DNA of 63,829 bases, counting the filler, from Octopus bimaculoides (taxonomy: Eukaryota), in NCBI RefSeq assembly GCF_001194135.2. It is 8 parts of 8 records of this genome, joined end to end, with 100 filler letters (N's around TTAATTAATTAA, not from the genome) between each part and the next. Parts side by side here need not be neighbours in the genome. Positions count along the whole stretch, not along the records: positions 11,110 to 17,171 come from NW_026372497.1; positions 17,272 to 39,897 come from NC_068982.1; 6 more parts are not named here. The stretch is one strand, 5' to 3'. Positions 13,793-26,329 of the stretch are shown one piece after another. Within the stretch, counting starts at the first letter, position 1; every line of letters begins with the position of its first letter. The position numbers and the translations under genes are program-made. Under the pieces are notes generated by a model. It ran no database searches and was not told the DNA's origin. It saw only the letters and a program-made list of their open reading frames with translations.

Positions 13793-13942
13793 AACAAGAG
13801 AGAAAGAGAGAGTGAGAAAGAGAGAGAGGTACATACATACAAAAACACTATATTGATATATAGATTTGTATCTATATAAATGTATGCATAAATGCGTATG
13901 TTTTTATATGTTAATCTATATTTATACACAAACACATGCGTG

Positions 13943-13993
<51 letters not shown>

Positions 13994-14109
13994 TCGAATA
14001 AGCATACATGTATATGTCTATGAGTGTAAACATAGAGAGTGACTACATAGACATATTATAAATGTATTATACATACACATGTGTGTTTGTGTGTGTGTGT
14101 GTGTATTGG

Positions 14110-14313
14110 AGTAGGCATGTTGGGGTGTCTATGCAAATCGCTTCCAAAGCATGTAGTTTCTGGTTCAATCCCACTGACTGTTACCTTGGCCAAGCGACCT
14201 CTGCTCTAGTCCCAAGCCGATTAAAAAGTCGCGAGTGGATTTCGTAAATAAAAAACTGTACAGTCCTTTGTATATATGTGTGTGTGTGCGTGTGTGTGTG
14301 CGCGCGCGCGTGC

Positions 14314-14350
<37 letters not shown>

Positions 14351-14645
14351 TGTGTGTGTGTTTATAATAAATTCACATCACCTTTACTTTGACTTCGATG
14401 CACTGGTGAGTATATCGTTGTGAAAAGCATATATATATACATACAAACTTATACACATATACAAAGGAGTAGGCGTGGCTATGTAGATAGATAGATAGAT
14501 AGATAGATAGGTGTGGCTAGATAGCGGTTTGTTAAAAGAGACCGATAGAATAAGTACTAGGGGTCGATTTGCTCGACTAAAAAAAAAAGGTGGTGCTCCA
14601 GCATGGCCGCAGTCAAATGATTGAAACAAGTAAAAGAATAAAAGA

Positions 14646-14702
<57 letters not shown>

Positions 14703-14925
14703 TAAGTATGTATATATAGATACACATATACATATATATATTTACATAGATATGTATGTATGCATGTATGTATGTATGTATGTTTACGTCAGGCCTCTTT
14801 TGGTCTCCGTCTACCAAATCCGCACACAAGGCTTTGGTCGGTAGAAGACGCTTGCCTAAGGTGCCATGCAGTGGGGCTGAACCCAGATCCATGTGGTTGG
14901 GAAGCAACCTTCCAACCACTCTCAT
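14110..14925. mobile_element. Cluster of SINE family 1 pieces in both orientations with microsatellites
   Basis: Head 14110-14270 (+), tail 14520-14645 (+), head 14780-14925 (-). Confidence 0.75.
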
Positions 14926-15074
14926 TGAGACGTGTGTGTCTGAATGAAAAACAATTTGTTCGTTCTTTACTCCTTCCCTACAAAAACATATTTCTTCTTC
15001 GGTTCTATGACTTTGCACCGAATTCCATGAAGACGACGACGTCATAATTGGCAAGAAGAATAAACCAAACCAGG

Positions 15075-15115
15075 TCGTCACGTGTGAGTCACATGGGTCA
15101 CATGGTCACGTGGGA
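15075..15115. promoter_or_regulatory. Cluster of four GTCAC(G/A)TG E-box/CLEAR-like motifs
   Basis: 15077-15084, 15088-15095, 15097-15104 and 15105-15112, in a locally CpG-richer patch. Confidence 0.35.
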
Positions 15116-15494
15116 TCATGCGTTGTACACCTTGAATGCAATTTTCCTTGTCTTTTTCGTTTCGCCCGAATTCGAAGAAAATAACAATGGACACCATAAT
15201 GGAATCCATGAACGGTAGACCGGAAACGGAAATAGCGAGTGACAAACCAAACTCTTTCCTTCTGTTGCCCTTTCACATTATATCTCTGCAGCGAAAGTAA
15301 AGATTTATTTTACATTTTGCTGCTTTATTTTTTTACTTTTCTTTATTTTCATTTAGGATTTTGTTGTTTATTTTCTGTTGGAGTTTTAGTAACACCGCAC
15401 GACATTGTCAATATTGCAATTTCTCCTTTTACTTTTCTGTTCCTCCTCCGCTTCCTTCTTTTTCTTCTTCTTCTTCCAATTCTTCCAATTCTTC

Positions 15495-15526
<32 letters not shown>

Positions 15527-15825
15527 CTTCTCCTTCATCTCACTTCTTTCTCTTTCCGTCTCTTCCTTCCTATCTTCTTTTCCTCTTTCTTCTTCTTTAA
15601 ACTTCTTCCTTCTTCCTCCTCCTCCTCCATTTTTATCTCCTACTACTACTCTTTTTTCTCGTGTTTCATCTCTTCCTTCTCCTCCTCCCCCTTCTTCATT
15701 GTCTCTTTGCCATCTGCAAATCTTGCTTGTGAAATTATTATTATTATTATTGTTGATATCGTTCGTAGCAGCAAACTGACCAATCTATCTTTTTTCATTT
15801 TGATTCATTCTCTCTCCCTCCCTCC

Positions 15826-15863
<38 letters not shown>

Positions 15864-16384
15864 NNNNNNNNNNNNNNNNNNNNNNNNNNNNNNNNNNNNN
15901 NNNNNNNNNNNNNNNNNNNNNNNNNNNNNNNNNNNNNNNNNNNNNNNNNNNNNNNNNNNNNNNNNNNNNNNNNNNNNNNNNNNNNNNNNNNNNNNNNNNN
16001 NNNNNNNNNNNNNNNNNNNNNNNNNNNNNNNNNNNNNNNNNNNNNNNNNNNNNNNNNNNNNNNNNNNNNNNNNNNNNNNNNNNNNNNNNNNNNNNNNNNN
16101 NNNNNNNNNNNNNNNNNNNNNNNNNNNNNNNNNNNNNNNNNNNNNNNNNNNNNNNNNNNNNNNNNNNNNNNNNNNNNNNNNNNNNNNNNNNNNNNNNNNN
16201 NNNNNNNNNNNNNNNNNNNNNNNNNNNNNNNNNNNNNNNNNNNNNNNNNNNNNNNNNNNNNNNNNNNNNNNNNNNNNNNNNNNNNNNNNNNNNNNNNNNN
16301 NNNNNNNNNNNNNNNNNNNNNNNNNNNNCTCCACGAGACAGCCTGATTCTGCATGATGGCTTCTATATAAAACTGGCTCTCCGT

Positions 16385-16690
16385 CGCTTACGACGATATC
16401 CGGTTGATTCGGTCAACGGAAAAGCCTGCACATGAAACTAACGTGCAAGTGGCTGAGTACTCCACACACATGTGTACCCTTAATGTAGTTATCGAGAAGA
16501 TCCAGCGTGACACACAAAGCCTGACAAGGCTGGCCCCTTTGAATTACGGTTACAACACATTTTTGCCAGCTCGGTGGACTGGAGCAACGTGAAATACATT
16601 GTTTTACTCAAGGACAGAATGCACCGCCGGGAAACGAATTCATGACCTGACAATTGGCAGCCTAAACCCTAAACCATGAAGCCACACACC
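16385..16690 (-). mobile_element. tRNA-derived SINE, family 3
   Basis: Minus strand head ggcttcatggtttaggg...gaattcgtttcccggc, then tgtccttgagtaaaac and ttgctccagtccac core. Confidence 0.6.
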
Positions 16691-16837
16691 TAGCGACTCC
16701 GAGACATGGCAAAAAAAATTGATGTACAATCGTATATTTAGCAGTTTAACAAAAGTACACATGTGCAAATGTATTCTTGTGCGTTTGTGGTGTGTATGTC
16801 TACACACTTGTCTGTTTGTTTATATATATTCTGATAG

Positions 16838-17171
16838 GAGGCGCAGGAGTGTGGTAAGTAGCTTGCTTACCAACCACATGGCTCTGGGTTCAGTCCCACT
16901 GCGTGGCACCTTGGGCAAGTGTCTTCTACTATAGCCGCGGGCCGACCAAAGCCTTGTGAGTGGATTTGGTAGACAGAAGCTGAAAGAAGCCCGTCGTATA
17001 TATGTATATATATATATATATGTATGTGTGTTTGTGTGTCTGTGTTTGTCCCCCCTGCATCGCTTGACAACCGATGGTGGTGTGTTTACGTCCCCGTAAC
17101 TTAGCGGTTCGGCAAAAGAGATCGATAGAATAAGTACTAGGCTTACAAAGAATAAGTCCTGGGGGCGATTT
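16838..17171 (+). mobile_element. SINE family 1
   Basis: Full head aggcgcaggagtgtggtaagtagc; near-identical to 6228-6727. Confidence 0.85.
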
Positions 17172-17271
17172 NNNNNNNNNNNNNNNNNNNNNNNNNNNNN
17201 NNNNNNNNNNNNNNNTTAATTAATTAANNNNNNNNNNNNNNNNNNNNNNNNNNNNNNNNNNNNNNNNNNNN

Positions 17272-17592
17272 AAATGGAAAAACTTTCAAAATACAAAGAC
17301 CTGGAAATAGAGATAACTCGAATGTGGAATCTAAAAACAGAAACAATTCCTATCATAGTAGGTGCCTTAGGTATAATAAAAAAAATATTCAGACAAATAC
17401 ATAACAAAAATACCAGGACTTACAAATATATATAACATACAGAAAATTGCACTACTGGGTACTGCACACATTCTATGCAAAACACTTTCAATACAGTAAA
17501 CATAAGAGCACAGCAAACCACAGCACATACCCAAGGTGCACAGAGCTGCGCTCGGTAGTGAAGTGAAAGCACGTTATAAAAATAAAACTACT
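17272..17592 (+). mobile_element. R4/Dong-like non-LTR element 3' end (restriction-like endonuclease) with (TAA)n tail
   Basis: EKLSKYKDLEIEITRMWNLKTETIPIIVGALG...LLGTAHIL* followed by (AAT)n. Confidence 0.8.
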
Positions 17593-17699
17593 GAACAATA
17601 ATAATAATAATAATAATGATAATAATAATAATAATAATATTAATAATAACAACAACAACAACAGCAACAACAACAATAACAACAGCACTGTTTCTACCG

Positions 17700-19560
17700 A
17701 CGTCATAATATCTTCTCCCATATACTTATCTTTTAACTCGAATATTTCTCATTGACACCATCTTCCTGAAAACTGCTAAAATTACAATTAAGTAAATATG
17801 GACAACGAAAATAATAGATTCATAAGAAATGACCCCCATGCATTCCAACAGATCGCTTCCCATCAGAGTGCTGTTAGCGAGAAATTACTGGTCTTCAGTA
17901 TGAAAATATATATAGTAAACCTGATAGAATTTTTGGCATCCCGAACAAAATGCTTAGCGGCGTTTCATCAGTTTTTATGTTCTGAGTTCAAATTCTGCTG
18001 GGGTCATCTTTGCCTTTCATCCTAGGTTCGATGTAGAAGATTTACCTTTCCCCCACCTCCTGTATTGCTGACTTTTTGCCAAAATTATTTATAAATATTC
18101 TCGAAGTTTATATCGGGCAAAATTACATTATAGATTTCTTTGGGGTTTTTTCGCCAGATTTTATTTTGTTTACGATATCCTCAAAAATTATTACCATGTG
18201 TTTATATTCGACGTCTCTGAAACCCGTTCTTTGAAATTGTGACGATTACTGTTACATTTTCCTGCATGGCAGATAATATTATTTAAATCTCATTATCTTC
18301 TGTGGTTTCATCTTGTCTTAATGCATTTAATTCCGATTTCAAATAGTGTATATTTGTTTGAAACAAAAAAAAATTCAATATACAAGAGAACAAATATTAT
18401 TACTTTAGAGGTAACTTAAAGTAGGGCGGAAGAATCTCACGTTGTTCTTGGTCTTCTAGAGCAACCACTACAACCTCAATGAAGATTTCAAATGTTAACA
18501 AGTGGTAATAATTTATCAAGTATCAATACGATGTAACATTTTAACAAGTATATCAGTTCTTCGAATCCTTGTAATACTTTATTTCCCTCTTTGAAAACGC
18601 ACACACACTGCTTTACCAATTTGCAGTGAAATAAAAAAAATATACGAAATACTTTGAAACAGTGTTGAAGTATATTTCGAGAAATTAATTAAAATTATTT
18701 GAATTGAAACCCAAGTCAAGTGTTGCTGCATTGATAAGTTTCAGCTCTATGTGAAGATAGCAATTAATACGATTTTTAACTTCATCAGCAATTAATGTTT
18801 TACTATTTTTTACATATGCCGATGTGTGGTATACTTTATATAGCTAAATTAAGACTACTTATCAGTAGATCGAATGTACACAATTGCATCTCCCACTTGT
18901 CTTTTTATACGTACATATATACATGCATACACACATGTACACATATACACACACGTATAGACATACACAATGTACATACATTATATATAAATTATATATA
19001 TANNNNNNNNNNNNNNNNNNNNNNNNNNNNNNNNNNNNNNNNNNNNNNNNNNNNNNNNNNNNNNNNNNNNNNNNNNNNNNNNNNNNNNNNNNNNNNNNNN
19101 NNNNNNNNNNNNNNNNNNNNNNNNNNNNNNNNNNNNNNNNNNNNNNNNNNNNNNNNNNNNNNNNNNNNNNNNNNNNNNNNNNNNNNNNNNNNNNNNNNNN
19201 NNNNNNNNNNNNNNNNNNNNNNNNNNNNNNNNNNNNNNNNNNNNNNNNNNNNNNNNNNNNNNNNNNNNNNNNNNNNNNNNNNNNNNNNNNNNNNNNNNNN
19301 NNNNNNNNNNNNNNNNNNNNNNNNNNNNNNNNNNNNNNNNNNNNNNNNNNNNNNNNNNNNNNNNNNNNNNNNNNNNNNNNNNNNNNNNNNNNNNNNNNNN
19401 NNNNNNNNNNNNNNNNNNNNNNNNNNNNNNNNNNNNNNNNNNNNNNNNNNNNNNNNNNNNNNNNNNNNNNNNNNNNNNNNNNNNNNNNNNNNNNNNNNNN
19501 NNNNNNNNNNNNNNNNNNNNNNNNNNNNNNNNNNNNNNNNNNNNNNNNNNNNNNNNNNNN

Positions 19561-19608
<48 letters not shown>

Positions 19609-21508
19609 GGGAAAGATATGCAATCATACACATTTGGAAAATCCTGGAAGGACTCTTACCAAACTTTAGCATTGAAAGTTATTCGACCAGTAGAACGGGG
19701 CTTCATTGCATGGTGCCAAAGATGCCAATAGGAACATCAGGATACAGCACCAGATGCTGCAAGAGCTTGGGTTTCAAACGCCCATAGCAATTATATATAT
19801 TCCGAAAAGTCATGAGAGAATTACATGGACTGTCTTGAAAAGAAAAGTAGATCTCCAGTTAAGAGGTCCAGCTGAACTTATCTCATGGCAGGAAACACCA
19901 ATGCGGGCAGCAACATCAAGCTCCCTTATCCACCAAATGCCACATATCTGTGGGGGTTCAAGTAGCGACAATGTAGGAAAGCTAACGTAGTGTCCCAGCA
20001 TGGCTGCTGCTCTAGAACTGAAACTAGTAAAACACATTCTATATGTATATGTAAATACATACACACGTGCATATGATATTACATTATATATTACTAGATA
20101 TACAAATGTGTGTGTGTGAGTGGGTGTGCGCGGAGGATTGAGTGTGTGCATGTTTAGATAAGATGTATACTATAGAGAATGTATATTAAATGTGGTCTGA
20201 TTTTTACTTTCGAAGAATGTATGGTATGTACCTCTTCAGTAATATTAAAATCCATGTAAAACAATATATCTGACGCTATAATGTGCAATATAAATTTCAA
20301 TATAATGACTGTAAGTATCTAATATATTCCTTTATGAGGAGGACAAATGATAAGACAGAAAACAGGCAGAATATACACAACAGACGCGGGAATATCAACA
20401 TCACGTCGTGTGAATATAGCATTCGAGACACATTGTTAAATGATCGTGGGAAAGAAGTATAATATCCTCTACTATTTAAGATATGATTTAGAAATGAAGA
20501 TTATGATAAATAATGTTTTTTTCAATGAATCAGTTATTTAAATAACGTACAATATGCAGAAGAAGTTGCAAAATTATTTTCAAAGATGTCATTTTGCTTG
20601 GAATTTAACATCTGCTTCACATTAAGCATTCTAGTTGAAGAGCATAAACCTTATGATACATATTCAGGTTATAATGATTTCATTCATCTCTGATACAATT
20701 CCCAGCTCGAAATCCATACAAAACTACATTCAACATTTTCTACGTGTGAAAAAAAGAAAGTAAATATTTGTATTGAAACTTAAAACACTGGTTAATATCG
20801 TCTCAAATCCACTGTTTTTCCTAGATTTTATTCCCAGGTTTAATATTGCGACATTTTACAATATAACAGAGGAATTTCAGTAAGGAATTATGTTTCACAT
20901 GTTAATATTGACCTTCAGGTAAAATGGAATGTAAGCATTTGTTTCTATCAAGGAAACAGAACATCAAATGGTAAATTTCTCCTGTATGAGGTAACCGATT
21001 AATTTTGAAGCTACATAGTGAGGAATGAGATATCGAGGGAAGACAACACTACAGGATATATCCAATTCATGATAAATATCAAACCAAAATTCAATTATGA
21101 CAAGAAATATCAATATATTGTCCGCTCAACCTCATAAAACGTATTTATCAACAAGTGAATATTCAGAAAAAAAAAAAGCAATATATTTTCAATTTCTGCT
21201 ATGTGTATAAAAAATCTATTGTGCACCAAATAATATCCCAATTTTAGAGAGGAAAACATTACTGTCATAATTTATTAGTCTTTTACTCAAGATAATTTGT
21301 ATCGGAGTTCTACAATTTAACTTAAGATTCGCATACATGAATACACACACACACACACGCACACGAACACACACACATACACACACACACACACACAGAT
21401 ACACGTGTATACTTTTTAGTACATGTCAACATATGCGTGGATATGTGTACTGTTATATTTGTAAATTGTTTATCTGAAATGGTAATAAGTATCTAACGCA
21501 AGTATCAT
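17700..21508 (-). pseudogene. LRR-coding relic F
   Basis: LFADDTCVRYL start motif, ILSKRLINYDSNVFLSKI (ORF 21216..21404), LSGQYIDISCHN, IYHLMFCFLDRNKCL and VLQGFEELIYLL. Contains a LINE fragment and a gap. Confidence 0.6.
19605..19990 (+). mobile_element. CR1/L2-like LINE 3' end
   Basis: RERYAIIHIWKILEGLLPNF...GLHCMVPK, followed by LKRKVDLQL. Confidence 0.75.
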
Positions 21509-21594
21509 CTGCGAACAGAATTATAAAGCTTCTGAGTTATTTGCCATTTTTGTCGGTATGTATTGTTTTTTGATCATACACAGAGGTAGATAAA

Positions 21595-21596
21595 GC

Positions 21597-21657
<61 letters not shown>

Positions 21658-21696
21658 GTAGATATAAGTGATAGATAGATACATAGATAGAATAGA

Positions 21697-21748
<52 letters not shown>

Positions 21749-21883
21749 TACATACATAATACATACATCCAAACACATTTAGATACATATATACATACAT
21801 ATATGCGTGTGCCTTTGTGTGTGCGTGCGTGCCAATAGAGAGAGTGATAGATATATAGATAGATAGATAGACAGACAGACAGA

Positions 21884-21945
<62 letters not shown>

Positions 21946-21995
21946 TATAGATAGATAGATAGATAGATAGATATAGATGTATCTATATGTGCGTG
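21595..21995. repeat. (GATA/GACA)n microsatellite, representative of dozens of (TA)n, (CA)n, (TATG)n, (GATA)n and (GA)n tracts
   Basis: Direct reading; most N gaps begin or end in such tracts. Confidence 0.95.
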
Positions 21996-22049
21996 TGCGC
22001 GTGTGTGTGTATGTGTGTGTATAGTTAGGAAGGTATAGATATATGCACA

Positions 22050-22408
22050 CAAAGATTGCCACATAATGAGGAGACAATGAGAACGCTGAAGAATCGTCAG
22101 GCCCCATGTGTGTCCATTATGCTTGTATTTGGTAACTTTTATTAATTCAGCAGATTTAGGTGTAGTTCACACATAACTGATTAGACTTGATTATGTGAGG
22201 ATAATGAAAGAGAGTTTCAATGTTTTTATGTAGAAAATGATTCTAGAAAAAAGGAACTAACACAGTATACGGCGAATCCACGTGACTCTTAGAGCAAAGT
22301 TTCACAGCTTTGTGACTTTCCAAGAAAGATTTTTAACAGCTGCAGTATAATGATGTTGGACACGTTGAAAATTTCTTCCGTAAGATAATTACGTTTCTTG
22401 TACTCTAA

Positions 22409-22451
<43 letters not shown>

Positions 22452-22495
22452 AAGGCGGTGCTCCAGCATGGCCGCAGTCAAATGACTGAAACAAG

Positions 22496-22547
<52 letters not shown>

Positions 22548-23778
22548 AACACGACGGCGTGCTGGAAAAGACCCTGGCTTTGAGTAGAAGAAAATATCAA
22601 TTAATTATGAGTCCCATCAACATAAATCTCCTCTCAGATTTGCACACTCAATGCAACGTCTTTCGTAATCCCTCTAAATAGGAATCGTAAGAAATCTCCA
22701 CCATGGCCTCTGTAGCAGCGATCACTTCCGAATCGGATTTTCGTTCCCTTAAGATATTTTTTCAGCTGTGGAAAGAGGTGATAATCAGAAAGGCCAAATC
22801 AGGAGAGTAAGGTGCGTTGTCTACCAATTCAAATCCAAAGTCGTGTATTTTCAATAGTCTCATGCCCTGTGTGTGCTGGTGCATTGTCCTGCAAAAACAG
22901 AACAGGACGGCACCATTTTCCACCACATTTCTGATTCAAAGCTTCAGAGTTCGTCCAACAGGGACATGTAGTACTCTGCGTTGATGTTGCGACACTTCGG
23001 CGCGTGTTTTACGAAGAGTGCCCCGTATTTGTCCCAGAACACTGAAGCCAATTCAAGTGTTCGAAACTTCTGGGGATGCGGTGAACCGCTGTGACGCCAA
23101 TCTCTTGTTAACTGTTTGAACTGGAGATCATATTTATGAAGCCAGGTTTCACCCATGGTTACTACACGATCCAAAAGATCAGAGTCCCCCGCTGTAAACC
23201 AGTTCAAATTCAACTTTGATATCTTGGAAAGTTTCCTCATGTTCAGATTGTTGTGTATGATGTGACCAATTCTTCTGCTGTAATCTCAAGTGCCTCAGCT
23301 ATGATTTTGGCCGATATCCGGCGGCCCTCCAGAACTGTGACCTTCATACGGTGGGTGTATTCTCTGTGCTCGCTAAAGTTGACTGCTTAGACCGGGGTTC
23401 ATTTGGGACTAACAAATGACCTGTCCGAAGCCTTGAGAACCAGATATTTCTCGTGAGATAAGATGGGGAGACATCCTTCCAGACTTACTTCGAGACTTCC
23501 TTCATCTCCTCATGGATTCCTGTCGCTCATTTGCCTCGCAAAAAGAGGAAATTCAGGACCGCCCGTGCTTGAATTTTACCAAATCCATCTGTAAGTGCTG
23601 TCGATCAATGCGATCAATACGGAAAGAAGAGAAGGATATATTGTATGCCATCATGATTCGTTGCATGTATTCTTTTAAAGGTAACAGCTGGACCTTTTCA
23701 CGATACCATTGAAATCAGGAGCATTTCAGCTCCCCCACGAACGGTTATATGTATGTACTTATGCATACATACATACAT

Positions 23779-23810
<32 letters not shown>

Positions 23811-25421
23811 NNNNNNNNNNNNNNNNNNNNNNNNNNNNNNNNNNNNNNNNNNNNNNNNNNNNNNNNNNNNNNNNNNNNNNNNNNNNNNNNNNNNNNNNNN
23901 NNNNNNNNNNNNNNNNNNNNNNNNNNNNNNNNNNNNNNNNNNNNNNNNNNNNNNNNNNNNNNNNNNNNNNNNNNNNNNNNNNNNNNNNNNNNNNNNNNNN
24001 NNNNNNNNNNNNNNNNNNNNNNNNNNNNNNNNNNNNNNNNNNNNNNNNNNNNNNNNNNNNNNNNNNNNNNNNNNNNNNNNNNNNNNNNNNNNNNNNNNNN
24101 NNNNNNNNNATATATATATAAAGTAGTTTTATACTGCCAACTTAACGTCACAACAGTCCCAATAAGGGAATATACTACTGCTGTTTACCCCAAGGAAGCC
24201 AGACCGCTTCCTATTAGGCCTTGACACACTTTATGTGCCCTTATCCATACAAAGGGGAGACACACTCCTCCAAAGATTTGTATCCTATACTTGAATTGTA
24301 TATATATATTACAGTTTCACCTCAGAGCTGTGGCCATGCTGTGGCACCACCGTTTTGCTACACTGTTATTACTGATAGCCTCCTCTAACATGTGGTACTT
24401 GGTGAAGAACGGAGCTTGATGTCGCTACCCTCATTAGCACCTCTTGCAGTGAGATAAGTTCATCTGGGACTCGCGACAGGAAGAGGTCCAGTTTTGATTT
24501 GAAAACACCTACATCCACTTTGTGTAGGTTCCTCAGGCTGTTTTGGGAGAATATTAAAAAGCTGTGGGCCTCTGGAACCCAGGCTGTTGCAGTAACTGGT
24601 CATGAAGCGTGATGACATTGCTGGGATCTTTGGCACTCAGCCGTGTCGACCCGTTCTGGCATTGGTGTAGCACAGCCCTCTTGATGAGTCTGGATTATTA
24701 TTGAGATTAACGAGGAATTTTATTATATAACTAATTATTTCTAATCAGTTTATAATTATACAGGATCTAATTTTCCTTATGGAGTGGTTGGGGAGCAAAC
24801 TTCTTACCACAGAGTAACCATTATTCAGAGTATTACAGCAGATAAACAGACAAATTAAAGTTCGCCCTTTTTGAGACGAGGCTGGCTTGTGGAGTTCAGT
24901 TATTTTCACGGATGCCAGTAGATATAGAGGAAATATAAGAGTCATAGTACATAACATTTATAAGTTAAGTGTTGAAACATTTGTGCGTTTGACGCATCCT
25001 AATGATCCTCATGATCTGCTCAGGATAGATATTAAATGATACTTTTCTTTATACCTGCGTAACTATAAGAAAGCAGGTGTTATCAAATATATACGATGTG
25101 GCATACGACTGTAAGAGATTGAAATGATAAAGAAAATCACCATGATGGATATCTAAGTATGTAAAAGGAATACAAAAATATTTCGAGTGGAACTGAATAA
25201 ATTCTAAATTATATGCGCGCGTGCGTATGTTTGTAATGAATTGCTATATTACAATTCGAAAAGTATACAGGCGATTTAATGATATTTAATAATATGTAAT
25301 GTGTTATAGAAAGAAATAAAAATATAAATTAGAGAAATCTATATAATTCCTAAACTCATAGCAATGTAGGCATCCATATGAATTGCATTCTCGTAAGTAT
25401 ATATGCGTGTGTGTGTACCTG

Positions 25422-25493
<72 letters not shown>

Positions 25494-26190
25494 GTATGTA
25501 TGTGTGTATGTATGTATGTATACTCAAGCAGGAACTTACAAATATACATACATTGATGCATTTGAAGCATATGTACATACAGATGCCCAGGTGCGTATAT
25601 GTCAACATGTGTATTACCATTTGTAAGTATATGAAGGCATAAATTTCCATCCACATACAAGAGTTAATGTAAATGTACATGTGTACATGCGTGCGTATTT
25701 GCGGCCAGTGAAAATTATACTCACAAATTTATATACTTGAGAATGTTTTGTACACGTTTGATTAATTTCATGTCACGTGTATTTCCTGTAAGTTTCGTCT
25801 TTAAATCATACTGCAACATCATTTTTCAACACAACGTTAATCTCATTCACAAAACTGTTGATTAACAAATATATATACACCATCGCCAAAGAATGTAAAT
25901 GGATGATTTGGTGCGGCATTTACAAATAGAAAGATGATACATATGTGTGAAATTGTATTACACCAAAAATGTTTGCATGGCAAAATAAGTGGAATAAATT
26001 CGGTGCATTCTAGAGCTGACGTTTGTAATTTTATTATTTTTAAGTTCCACTGTCTATAGTAAACTGAAAGTAAACACCCATTGTAGTTTTCGTAGACCAT
26101 AAGCTTTGGCTTTTGTTACTATGGTTGCAATGAATTTTTTAAGAAATGAGCATGTTTTGTTCCGTAGTGTCTAATTTAGTTGTGTATCTG
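22050..26190 (-). pseudogene. LRR-coding relic G, interrupted by a mariner and other repeats
   Basis: LKIIKLQTSAL and WCNTISHI (ORF 25843..26100), VRSLLPNHSIRKI (ORF 24745..24957), NSLSLSSHNQV near 22190. Start region shares cgttcggtgta with unit 2. Confidence 0.5.
22551..23741 (-). mobile_element. Mariner DNA transposon, near full length, decayed
   Basis: RVVTMGETWLHKYD (ORF 22944..23240) and PYSPDLAFSDYHLF near 22800; degenerate TIRs at about 22551-22580 and 23712-23741. Confidence 0.9.
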
Positions 26191-26329
26191 AAGCTGAAAT
26201 TTGACTACACCGAACGCATTGCGTTCCGTCATATGGTCAACTGTTTCGCATTCTATTCGCCACTTCTTCTCCTCACAATGAGTCGGACTAAGTAAATTCT
26301 CTCCTCTCTAAACTATGCATAAATTATTG

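Noticed and set aside
15239-16435. 398-aa plus-strand Leu/Phe/Ser-rich ORF
   Set aside because: Low-complexity (CTT)n and (CT)n DNA plus a gap.
24680-24720. Hammerhead-like TGATGA cores (also 29821, 30497, 32297)
   Set aside because: No properly placed GAAA or closing stems.
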